Shown here piece by piece: positions 36,606 through 44,624 of a DNA stretch of 47,094 bases. Each line of letters opens with the position of its first letter. Within the stretch, counting starts at the first letter, position 1. The translations under genes were made by a program, and so were the position numbers. The notes beneath the pieces were generated by a model, which searched no databases, was not told where the DNA came from, and worked only from the letters and a program-made list of their open reading frames with translations. This DNA is from a virus (Duplodnaviria > Caudoviricetes). The stretch lies in the IMG/VR virus record IMGVR_UViG_3300005601_000003, positions 1 through 47,094 of that record; one strand, written 5' to 3'.

Positions 36606-36893
36606 ATGACAAAGCAAACATTTGAAGACTGGGCGCGGGAACTTGCAGAAGGCGAAAAGAGACTTCGCCCCCGTAAGCGTATGCCCTCCATCCACTACCA
36701 ACGAGGCATTGATATGGTTTGCAAACATGGCAAGCCCTTTATCCATCGCCATCGAGGCAAGTGGTATTCATTCAAGATAACCTCCATCGTTGTGCCCCTG
36801 CGCTACGGCCGGTGCCACGATGTATCCGTTGCATGGCTCGACGCACACGCGAGTAACTTCTGTCGTAAACTCAATTCGGAGTCCCCATCATGA
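36606..36893 (+). CDS. Hypothetical basic protein
   Basis: 95 aa; AAGGA RBS; ATGA coupling. Confidence 0.7.
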   Translation: MTKQTFEDWARELAEGEKRLRPRKRMPSIHYQRGIDMVCKHGKPFIHRHRGKWYSFKITSIVVPLRYGRCHDVSVAWLDAHASNFCRKLNSESPS

Positions 36894-37309
36894 AAACCGA
36901 AAATATCGAAAAGATCGAACGCCTACTCAAAGCCTCCACCGAAATCCGTAAAGGACTCGATAGCTACGAGCGTTGGCAACGAAACCCAAAACAATATGAC
37001 AAAATCAGATTGGAATTTTCACCCTCCAACCCAGGCGGCCTAGGCATCAACATCTGCGGCACTGTCCGACTTGTCAACTACATGGGAACGTATGGAAATT
37101 CCGGAGTTTCTCCCTTCATCTCCAACATTGCCAACGCGGACCTTGCTCAATACTTCTTTAGAGTCATCGGACCTCAAACCGAATCCATTCTTCTCAAGAT
37201 GGCAGAACTAATTGAGGCTGATGCGGCCCAGCTCCATCAGCAAGCCCAGTCTGAAGTTGATGCAATTCAAGAGGCCCTAACCGCACTCAAGGGAGGTGAC
37301 TTCGCATGA
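36890..37309 (+). CDS. Hypothetical protein
   Basis: 139 aa; ATGA coupling at both ends. Confidence 0.75.
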   Translation: MKTENIEKIERLLKASTEIRKGLDSYERWQRNPKQYDKIRLEFSPSNPGGLGINICGTVRLVNYMGTYGNSGVSPFISNIANADLAQYFFRVIGPQTESILLKMAELIEADAAQLHQQAQSEVDAIQEALTALKGGDFA

Positions 37310-37650
37310 CTCTTCCCCATGCTCTACCAGCCGAACCACCCTACTCCTGTCCCGAGTTTGACGCGGTGAAGGAAGCCCTCCAAAACGCGCAACAAGAGGT
37401 CGAGTATCTCAACCAACACATCGAGAACATCACCTCGGCCATCGAAACCTGCGACGACCGCATCGAGTCGGCCCGTTCCATCAACGACACCCTCCGCAAA
37501 CGTGCCGATGGTTTCGAGGAGGCATGGGAGGAAGTCCGGACCGAACTCGAAAACGTCCAGTCCGACCTCGACTCCAAGTGCGACGAACTGAGTGACGCCC
37601 AGAGGCAGATCGAAGACCTTCAAACCCAGCTCGAAGACATAACGGAGTAA
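37306..37650 (+). CDS. Acidic coiled-coil protein
   Basis: PPYSCP..D followed by heptad repeats. Confidence 0.75.
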   Translation: MTLPHALPAEPPYSCPEFDAVKEALQNAQQEVEYLNQHIENITSAIETCDDRIESARSINDTLRKRADGFEEAWEEVRTELENVQSDLDSKCDELSDAQRQIEDLQTQLEDITE

Positions 37651-37655
37651 CCCTG

Positions 37656-37934
37656 ATGCCTCGCCCTCGTCGCCGCTTCCAACTAACCTGCACTTGCCCC
37701 GCCTACTCCTTCCCACATCGTTTGGGTGGAGGGCGGTGCCGGGAGGAATCCTGGGCCGAGGCATACTACATCTTCGATGGCGAAGCCTGCCTTCGGTGCA
37801 ACTGCAACCACAACGGCCTCTGTGACGTTGCTGGCGGCGCCGAATCCATCCATCATTGCGAGGCCTGGCTCGAGGCTAACCGCACCCAACACGACCCAAG
37901 ACCAACTCAACTGGAGTACATCTATCATGCCTAA
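37656..37934 (+). CDS. Cys-rich small protein
   Basis: CTC.AYSFPHR.GGG.C, CLRCNC and further Cys residues. Confidence 0.7.
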   Translation: MPRPRRRFQLTCTCPAYSFPHRLGGGRCREESWAEAYYIFDGEACLRCNCNHNGLCDVAGGAESIHHCEAWLEANRTQHDPRPTQLEYIYHA

Positions 37935-38406
37935 ACTACACAACACTCATCCAGTATCCCAGTACCAACCAGCGGCCAATCTCAAGGTCACCAACCTCTC
38001 GACCTTCACCCTCCTGCGGGAGGCCCTGCCCGCTGACCTCCTTCGCTACCATCACTTTGGTCAGCGCGTGTGGTTCACCACCCCCCTCCAGCGTCGGGCC
38101 GAAGGCATCGGTTGCGGCAGCCGTTTTTGGTGGGAGCCCTCTGGCGGCCTCAATGAAGGACTCTTCGCCGGCATCATTACTGGAGTCCGCACCCTTTCCA
38201 CCGGAGGCTACGAGGATGAAGGCAGGGACTACGTTCCGGAGGCCACCTTCCCTGTCTACCTCATCACCTTCTCTCCCTACCGCAACCCCCTCTACGTCCT
38301 GCCGTGGCACATTTGGCGCGACCGAACTCACTACGACATCGACCACAGCGCTGCCCTCAATTCCTACCAACACAGGGCAGCGGCAAAGCACTTCGGGAGC
38401 CTTTGA
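37927..38406 (+). CDS. Hypothetical protein
   Basis: GGAG RBS, ATG 37927; C-ending codon bias like its neighbours. Confidence 0.65.
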   Translation: MPKLHNTHPVSQYQPAANLKVTNLSTFTLLREALPADLLRYHHFGQRVWFTTPLQRRAEGIGCGSRFWWEPSGGLNEGLFAGIITGVRTLSTGGYEDEGRDYVPEATFPVYLITFSPYRNPLYVLPWHIWRDRTHYDIDHSAALNSYQHRAAAKHFGSL

Positions 38407-38431
38407 CACCGGCACCCGTATATACCATACT
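38403..38431 (+). promoter_or_regulatory. Sigma70-like promoter
   Basis: TTGACA-17 nt-CATACT; CGTATATACC at 38417. Confidence 0.75.
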
Positions 38432-38468
38432 ACCCACTTGATCCCATATACCAAAGAAGGAACACGAG

Positions 38469-39860
38469 ATGACACTTGATAAAAAACTCCTAACCGAACT
38501 TGACGCCCTCCCCAACGACCACCTCGTCCGGGAGCAACGCGTCATCAAACATCTGGAATCTTTAATGAGAGTCTCTGATGGTCTTATCGGCCACCTCACC
38601 TACAACCCGGACCTCAACAATCTTGCAGCCGAGCCCGTCCGATTCATCAACCCCGGTCACCTGGACCCTCGCGCCTTCCAGGTCTTCGGCCTAAGCGTAA
38701 AGTCCGGCTCCACCAACCCCATCGGCCAGTTCGGCACCGGCCTCAAATACGCCATCGCCGTCTGCCTCCGCCATGGCTGCTCCATCGAGATCGCCCTACA
38801 TTCGGCACCCGGCCAGCCTAGCGACTCCGTCCGTAAGTTCAGTTTCGCAGCGCGCAAGTCACAATTCCGAGGCGAGGCTACAACCGAAATTGTCTGCCAT
38901 GAAGAGGGTCAAGGTGAATTCTTGCTCCCATTCACCATAGACCTCGGCAAGCATTGGCAACTCTGGCAAGCCTTTCGTGAACTCGAATCCAACGTCCGGG
39001 ATGAAGGAGGCTTTAGTGGCGTCGGCCTCGACTGCAACTCAGTAAAACCTCATACCATCATCACTATCCGTGGCCCGGAATTCGCCCAGGTCTACACCAA
39101 CCGCGATCTCTACTTCCTGCCCCCGAACTACTATGCTGAGGCCTCCCGCGCACCCGAGGGCTTCTTCCAACCCCGTAAAACCAAAAATCTATTCTACAAG
39201 GGTGTCCGGGTTTACGAGTCCGATGACGACTTCCTCTTCCTCTACGACATCCAGACCCCCTTGCCCCTAACCGAGGACCGAACCGTGTCCTCCATCTGGG
39301 CGCTCCGTTCCAACCTCCGAAACTTCTGGCTTACCTCCACCGACGAGGCCGCAATCTTCAAGGTCATCACCGCTCCCAAGGACACCGAGGAGTGCCACAT
39401 TGAATTCGACTGCGGCCTCGTTTCGCCGGGCATCGCATTCAAAAACGCAGTACACCGGGCCATCAAGGAGCGCCCCATTGCCCTCAACGCCAGCGCCCGC
39501 CGTGCTGTCCAGGCCGACACCCTTGATTCGCGTTTCGTCAAGCCCTTCGAACTCGACACCCTTCAACAGGCCCGACTTGACCGTTGCATCAGCCACCTCA
39601 AACGCCTTGGCTACCCGGTGGACACTTACCCCATCCGCCTCGTAGACATTGACAGCGAACTCGCAGGTATGGCGAAGGACGACACTATCATCCTCACTCG
39701 CCTTGCCTTCGCCAACTCCACCCAGTATCTGGCATCCACTATACTGGAGGAGTTCTTCCACCTCAAACATGGCTACGCCGATCACACCTGTGCCTTTCAA
39801 GATTTCCTCCATGACGAGATCGTCCGGATGGGTGAGCGGGTATTAGGAGAACCACTATGA
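38469..39860 (+). CDS. GHKL-type ATPase with a C-terminal zincin-like domain
   Basis: IGQFGTGLKYA, AFRELESNVRDE and C-terminal TILEEFFHLKHG..DH...F. Confidence 0.7.
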   Translation: MTLDKKLLTELDALPNDHLVREQRVIKHLESLMRVSDGLIGHLTYNPDLNNLAAEPVRFINPGHLDPRAFQVFGLSVKSGSTNPIGQFGTGLKYAIAVCLRHGCSIEIALHSAPGQPSDSVRKFSFAARKSQFRGEATTEIVCHEEGQGEFLLPFTIDLGKHWQLWQAFRELESNVRDEGGFSGVGLDCNSVKPHTIITIRGPEFAQVYTNRDLYFLPPNYYAEASRAPEGFFQPRKTKNLFYKGVRVYESDDDFLFLYDIQTPLPLTEDRTVSSIWALRSNLRNFWLTSTDEAAIFKVITAPKDTEECHIEFDCGLVSPGIAFKNAVHRAIKERPIALNASARRAVQADTLDSRFVKPFELDTLQQARLDRCISHLKRLGYPVDTYPIRLVDIDSELAGMAKDDTIILTRLAFANSTQYLASTILEEFFHLKHGYADHTCAFQDFLHDEIVRMGERVLGEPL

Positions 39861-40036
39861 CCGAACTATTGGGACTATTTACAGGGACAGTACTCGGCTT
39901 ATGCATAGCCTTCAACGTCATCATCATTTGCCTCAATCTCCGACAAAATCCTTGGATGGCTGTACCTGCACTTGTCTTTCCAGTGTTGTTTGTTGGAGCA
40001 ATAATCTGGATGCTTATAACAGGAGAGTCACTATGA
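39857..40036 (+). CDS. Small two-TM membrane protein (59 aa, below the ORF-track cutoff)
   Basis: MTELLGLFTGTVLGLCIAFNVIIICLNLRQNPWMAVPALVFPVLFVGAIIWMLITGESL; AGGAG RBS; ATGA overlaps at both ends. Confidence 0.7.
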   Translation: MTELLGLFTGTVLGLCIAFNVIIICLNLRQNPWMAVPALVFPVLFVGAIIWMLITGESL

Positions 40037-40899
40037 AACACAACCCCGACAAACTCACCGAATTCCTTGACGAAATCGAGTCCTACCTCACCAACTACGC
40101 CGATGCGGAGTACGACGCTTCCTCCGCTTCCGGAATCCCCAACCGGGAGATGAACCTGCTTGGGAGTTTGGAGAAGGCAAGGGTCGAGTTAAAATCCAAA
40201 GCAGCCCGCGAGCAGGAGGGCGGGGATGCTGTGGCTTGTGAGCACGGAATCCGCAGGCCTCACGTTTGTAGCGATTGCGAAAATAGCGTTGAGCAAGATG
40301 CTGGGTATTGGCGTAAGCGTGCAGACCATTGGAAAAGCCTGGCAGAGCGATGGGAGTCAATAGTTGATGACCGGATGCTGGATGGCGAAACGTGCGACGC
40401 AACCACCGCTTCAGATTGCTATTTCCATTTAGCGGAAAAGCTTGACGTGCCAAATGGCGGAAGCGTTGTAGATACTGTTCTGGCCATGCTGGAAACCCAC
40501 CCACCCCAGTCTCAGGGAGTGCCGGAGGGATGGCACACAATCATTCAAGGTGCCATAGATGAGCTTGGCATTATAGATGAGTCAGAAGGCATTGCAGGCT
40601 GGCACTTGAATGGTGCTATTGCCTCGTGGGACGAGAGCGGGTTGCCCGCAATTCGTGATTCTTTGGTCGAACTACTCTCCACCCCCGCCGCGCCCCAGGC
40701 TGACGAGTGGGTTAAGTGTGAGGATCGGTTGCCGACTGAGGGGGATGCTGACATTTTCGGCAACGTTTGGTGTTCTGGGCTTTGGGGTAGTTCTGATCGC
40801 GGGATAGCGCCGATTAACTGGAGAAATGTCGGAAAGGGAGACGCGGGTGACACGCATTGGAAACCCACCGGCCTAACCCGCCCGCAGCCGCCTAAATAG
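40033..40899 (+). CDS. Mosaic protein with a C-terminal DUF551-like domain
   Basis: EWVKCEDRLP...THWKP..L..P motif; PQSQGVPEGW linker; GIAGWHLNG segment. Confidence 0.65.
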   Translation: MKHNPDKLTEFLDEIESYLTNYADAEYDASSASGIPNREMNLLGSLEKARVELKSKAAREQEGGDAVACEHGIRRPHVCSDCENSVEQDAGYWRKRADHWKSLAERWESIVDDRMLDGETCDATTASDCYFHLAEKLDVPNGGSVVDTVLAMLETHPPQSQGVPEGWHTIIQGAIDELGIIDESEGIAGWHLNGAIASWDESGLPAIRDSLVELLSTPAAPQADEWVKCEDRLPTEGDADIFGNVWCSGLWGSSDRGIAPINWRNVGKGDAGDTHWKPTGLTRPQPPK

Positions 40900-40912
40900 G
40901 AGGGCTCAGGCG

Positions 40913-41104
40913 ATGAGCACTAATCTTGGCAATATTAACGATAAATCTTTAACTCGGTTTTATGGCGGAGATGTCCGTGGCGTCTGTGTGCAGATCACTT
41001 GCGATTCCGGGTACGTGCAGCTATCTGCTTCTGAGATCGTAGCTTTGATACCAGAGCTTAAATCAATTATTGATTACGAACTCTCTAAGGAGCCTCCATC
41101 ATGA
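40913..41104 (+). CDS. Small hypothetical protein
   Basis: 63 aa; LTRFYGG..RGVCVQIT; AGGAGG RBS. Confidence 0.7.
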   Translation: MSTNLGNINDKSLTRFYGGDVRGVCVQITCDSGYVQLSASEIVALIPELKSIIDYELSKEPPS

Positions 41105-41292
41105 GCCACTTCCTATGTTCCCACTGTCTCCAACCCTGCGACTACAAACTGGAGGAATACTTCTCCCCGCAGGGCCACGGCTTCGATCCAGTATCCACAT
41201 GCTGTGCCGAGCCCATCGTCAACCCCGACAACCTCCAACCGGTCCTCACACTGGCCGAGGCCAAAGAAATAGAAGGAACCCAAGATGAATGA
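41101..41292 (+). CDS. Small Cys-containing protein
   Basis: CSHC and STCC; AAGGAG RBS. Confidence 0.65.
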   Translation: MSHFLCSHCLQPCDYKLEEYFSPQGHGFDPVSTCCAEPIVNPDNLQPVLTLAEAKEIEGTQDE

Positions 41293-42043
41293 CATCCGAC
41301 AACAGCTCAACACCCTCTCCAAACTCCTCGATGCCATGAACGAGCGAGTAGGTTCAGGCAAGCCAATCGAAGGAACTCAAGACTACATCCGACGCAAGAC
41401 TACGGAGGGCATGATATGTGTTCAGAACCTTTCCGCCACTATCAATCCGAGTCCGGCCCCGGAACCCTCATCCTCATCCCGGTGCTCTTGTGGCTTGGAG
41501 CGGCCATGGGAGATTTTGGCCTGCAAACAACAATACAGCAGATGCTCGATGAAAGGCCGGGCAATCGATGTATCGTCACTATCTGGCCCCGATCGAGAAC
41601 GCCTTCAGGCAGGTGGCCCGGCTTCCACTTCCAGGACTCCTGCAACACCGGAAGACGCCAGCCCGGAATTTACTACCTCCCCCGAGAGTAAGAACTCCCG
41701 GCCCCGAGCCCATATCTACGTCGCTGGACCCTACTGGCACCCCAACGAAAAACTCCGTCACCTTCATCGCGAGATCGCCAAGCTCTTCGCCGTTCGTCTT
41801 GTCGAGCAGGGTTTCTTCCCCATCACCCCTCACCTCAACACCGGGGGTTTCGAGGACCTCATCCACATGCCGGAGTCCTTTTACCATAAGGGTGACATTC
41901 GCCTTTTGGAGTCTTGCGATGCTGTCCTTCTTCTTCCCAATTGGCAGCATTCTACTGGAACCAAAGCCGAACGAGAACATGCTATTCACAACAACATCCC
42001 TATCTTCAATACTCTTGAAGATTTGGAGATTCAATATGCGTAA
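41285..42043 (+). CDS. Protein with a C-terminal DUF4406/nucleoside deoxyribosyltransferase-like domain
   Basis: IYVAGPY, PITPH, LLESCDAVLLLPNWQHSTGTKAE...A...IPIF. Confidence 0.75.
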   Translation: MNDIRQQLNTLSKLLDAMNERVGSGKPIEGTQDYIRRKTTEGMICVQNLSATINPSPAPEPSSSSRCSCGLERPWEILACKQQYSRCSMKGRAIDVSSLSGPDRERLQAGGPASTSRTPATPEDASPEFTTSPESKNSRPRAHIYVAGPYWHPNEKLRHLHREIAKLFAVRLVEQGFFPITPHLNTGGFEDLIHMPESFYHKGDIRLLESCDAVLLLPNWQHSTGTKAEREHAIHNNIPIFNTLEDLEIQYA

Positions 42044-42122
42044 CAAGCGCGGCGAGGACTGGACAAACCTAATCCTTGCCGTAATAATAATCACGTTCTT
42101 CATCCTGTTGTTCTTCAACTAA
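42036..42122 (+). CDS. Very small membrane peptide
   Basis: MRNKRGEDWTNLILAVIIITFFILLFFN; GGAG RBS. Confidence 0.5.
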   Translation: MRNKRGEDWTNLILAVIIITFFILLFFN

Positions 42123-42132
42123 GGAGCCTGTC

Positions 42133-42375
42133 ATGGCCGAAAACGTCATCGTCCTGCCCGACATCCCCATACCCGAGCCCGGTCTTCACGAAGGCTGGCG
42201 GGGCTACTACACTCGCCGCGGATACCGACGCTGGTACTGGTGTGAGGTCGTAACCTTCGATGAGTACAAGCCCGTAATCCGCACGGCCAAAGGCCACTAC
42301 CACTCACGCCCTCCTGCAATCTATGCATTCATCAGCGAGGACTACGCTAAGGAGCTACTCAATGCCACACCCTAA
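42133..42375 (+). CDS. Hypothetical protein
   Basis: 80 aa; AAGGAG RBS. Confidence 0.7.
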   Translation: MAENVIVLPDIPIPEPGLHEGWRGYYTRRGYRRWYWCEVVTFDEYKPVIRTAKGHYHSRPPAIYAFISEDYAKELLNATP

Positions 42376-42694
42376 AAAAACCAACCGCTTCCCCGAGGTC
42401 CAAGAGATGCTCAACCGGGCCATGGATTCCGAACGAGGTATCCGCATACCGATGGAGTCCAAGTCCCAGGCCTTCTCCATCAAGATGAAAATCTTTGCCA
42501 AGAAGAAAGACTGGCGGGAGGCATACATCAAGATGTACGAGGACGACCCGGAAAATCCCGAGCGTCACCGTGACCCGTTCCAACTCATCCACCCCGAGAT
42601 CCATCAAGACGAGGCCACCGGCCGGTGGTACCTCTACATCCACAAACAGGACCCGTTCTCCAACCAATTTATGATCCAGGCCGAGGAACTCTGA
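42362..42694 (+). CDS. Hypothetical protein, probable paralog of 43858..44127
   Basis: AAGGAG RBS; LNRAMDSERGIRI. Confidence 0.7.
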   Translation: MPHPKKTNRFPEVQEMLNRAMDSERGIRIPMESKSQAFSIKMKIFAKKKDWREAYIKMYEDDPENPERHRDPFQLIHPEIHQDEATGRWYLYIHKQDPFSNQFMIQAEEL

Positions 42695-43002
42695 TGCCAA
42701 CCCTTGTCCCCAACTCCATTTCCATCCAGCGCCACCCGGATGACCCTTCACGGTTCAGCCTAATGACTCACCTGCGTGTTGAGTTTTCTACTGCGCGCCA
42801 GTACAACACTCCGTGGGCTCCGTGGCCGGAAATAGAAAATCTGTTGCGGCAATGGTACATCAACCGGGAACGGTTCCTCCTACGGCATTTTGGGTGGCGG
42901 GCACAGGACGTGGATGCACACATTCGCACCCATGGCGACACACGCCCCCGACAACGCAGTAAGCCGGGGGCTAACCTAACCCTTGCCGACTTAGGCTTGT
43001 AG
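42694..43002 (+). CDS. Hypothetical protein ending in LTLADLGL
   Basis: TGATG coupling; GAGGA RBS. Confidence 0.7.
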   Translation: MPTLVPNSISIQRHPDDPSRFSLMTHLRVEFSTARQYNTPWAPWPEIENLLRQWYINRERFLLRHFGWRAQDVDAHIRTHGDTRPRQRSKPGANLTLADLGL

Positions 43003-43060
43003 CGCCCCACACGCGCCCACAACGCACCCTAAATTCCTCCAAAAAACCCTTATGGAGCAT

Positions 43061-43089
43061 TTGACACATACCACCACAACATATACCAT
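43061..43089 (+). promoter_or_regulatory. Sigma70-like promoter
   Basis: TTGACA-17 nt-TACCAT. Confidence 0.7.
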
Positions 43090-43155
43090 GAAAGTCCGGG
43101 TAACAAAACCCATCAGGCCCGAGGGCCATCATCAACTAGCAAAGAGAGTCACAAC

Positions 43156-43683
43156 ATGGAAATTCAAAAAGGCACCCCAACCAAGTCAATCACTGTACAG
43201 GGCTTTGCCCTTGAGGTCCCAACCCCGTTTGCGGAAGGTCACCCTCTGAGTGAGTCCGAAGCCGCAGTCCTGAACCAAACCCTGGCCGAAAACCTGCGCA
43301 ATAACTTCGGCAGTCAGCTGAAGAAACTGAAGGAAGAAGCCGAAGCCGAGGGCAACGAATACGCTCCCGATGGCAAGAAACTCCAAGCCGCATTCAGCGA
43401 CTACATCAAGGACTACGAGTTCGGCGCCAAGCGCGGTGGCGGGGGTGGTACTAGCCTCGACCCTGTTGAGCGCAAGGCCCTCAGCCTGTCTCGCGAGGCG
43501 ATCAAGCGCGCCATCCAGAACAAAGGCGTCAAGATCAAGGACGTGGGCAACGAGAAACTCACCGAGCTGGTCAACAGCTACTACGAGGCCAACAAGGAAA
43601 CCCTCATGGCCCAGGCTCGCGACTTGATCGCCGCCGAGGAAAAGGCTCGCGATGCTATGGCATCCGTGAACGTCGATATTTAA
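43156..43683 (+). CDS. Early/middle protein, paralog of 31218..31688
   Basis: LNQTLAENLRNNF, YEFG and DPVERKAL; has its own promoter and terminator. Confidence 0.85.
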   Translation: MEIQKGTPTKSITVQGFALEVPTPFAEGHPLSESEAAVLNQTLAENLRNNFGSQLKKLKEEAEAEGNEYAPDGKKLQAAFSDYIKDYEFGAKRGGGGGTSLDPVERKALSLSREAIKRAIQNKGVKIKDVGNEKLTELVNSYYEANKETLMAQARDLIAAEEKARDAMASVNVDI

Positions 43684-43712
43684 TATCGGCCTCCCGTAGC
43701 GAACTTGTCAGA

Positions 43713-43735
43713 GGAGGGGGTCCGCCCCCTCTTTT
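43713..43735 (+). terminator. Intrinsic terminator
   Basis: GAGGGGG-TCCG-CCCCCTC-TTTT. Confidence 0.75.
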
Positions 43736-43857
43736 GGAGAAGGCAGACGGGCTAGAGGTTGTCGCATTCGTTCCACGAATTAAGGCTCAATCTAGTAACT
43801 AACGATCGATCGTTATCCGTCTGTCTTCCCCAAAAGAATCTCAACGAGGAATCTCCC

Positions 43858-44127
43858 GTGCAATCTGTCTCCAATCGCAAGCAACTTCACACCCTTCTCC
43901 AAGGTGTCCTTGACCAGGCTCTGCAAACCGACATGGGTATCGAGGTTGAAACAACCGACGCCACCCGCCTCAAGCAAGAACTAAACTTCTGCCGCCGTGG
44001 CCTGCGCGAATATGGAGACAACAGCTACGACTTCCTCATCTTCCGCACCTGCCCCACGGACCCCGAGCACAAAGTGTGGATCGTCCGCAAGGTCCAGGCG
44101 CCCCATGACAACGAACCGACGGAGTAA
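43858..44127 (+). CDS. Hypothetical protein (GTG start)
   Basis: GAGGA RBS; LDQALQTDMGIEV. Confidence 0.7.
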   Translation: MQSVSNRKQLHTLLQGVLDQALQTDMGIEVETTDATRLKQELNFCRRGLREYGDNSYDFLIFRTCPTDPEHKVWIVRKVQAPHDNEPTE

Positions 44128-44132
44128 AACTC

Positions 44133-44330
44133 ATGCCTCGCTACAGCGAAGATTATGAAAAACGCCTCATTAATTTCCGCGCTGGTGACATCGAGAAACT
44201 CCGCCAGCATTATCCCAACATTGCATACAGCGCGATTATCCGCTCCCTCGTAGAGCAGTTCGTCGATGCAATCGAAGAGGGCAAAAACCCTCAACTTCAA
44301 TTCAACCCCAACAAACTTGAGATCAAGTAG
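44133..44330 (+). CDS. Putative ribbon-helix-helix DNA-binding protein
   Basis: Strand KRLINF, helix DIEKLRQHY, turn, helix YSAIIRSLVEQFV. Confidence 0.55.
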   Translation: MPRYSEDYEKRLINFRAGDIEKLRQHYPNIAYSAIIRSLVEQFVDAIEEGKNPQLQFNPNKLEIK

Positions 44331-44340
44331 GAGCTTTCTT

Positions 44341-44601
44341 ATGTCTCGCACTGGTGTAGAAGTCGACCTCCCCGAGGGACTCGACCCAACCCTGAACGAA
44401 CTATTCAACCGTGACCCCCTCGAATGGGAATCCAAAGACCGGGCCGTAGTCATTGCCCACCTCCGTGAAACCCGCGAGATCTTCGCCAAAGAAGACAAGC
44501 AGGCCAAGACCAAAGGTAAGCCGGCCAACGCCAAGGCAGCCATCAAGAGTGGCGGGACCAAAAACCTCACCTTGGACGACCTTGGCCTCGGCGACCTATA
44601 A
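44341..44601 (+). CDS. Hypothetical protein ending in LTLDDLGLGDL
   Basis: GGAG RBS; ELFNRDP; Lys/Ala-rich linker. Confidence 0.75.
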   Translation: MSRTGVEVDLPEGLDPTLNELFNRDPLEWESKDRAVVIAHLRETREIFAKEDKQAKTKGKPANAKAAIKSGGTKNLTLDDLGLGDL

Positions 44602-44624
44602 CTTCGTATTGAGAGGAATTCTCC

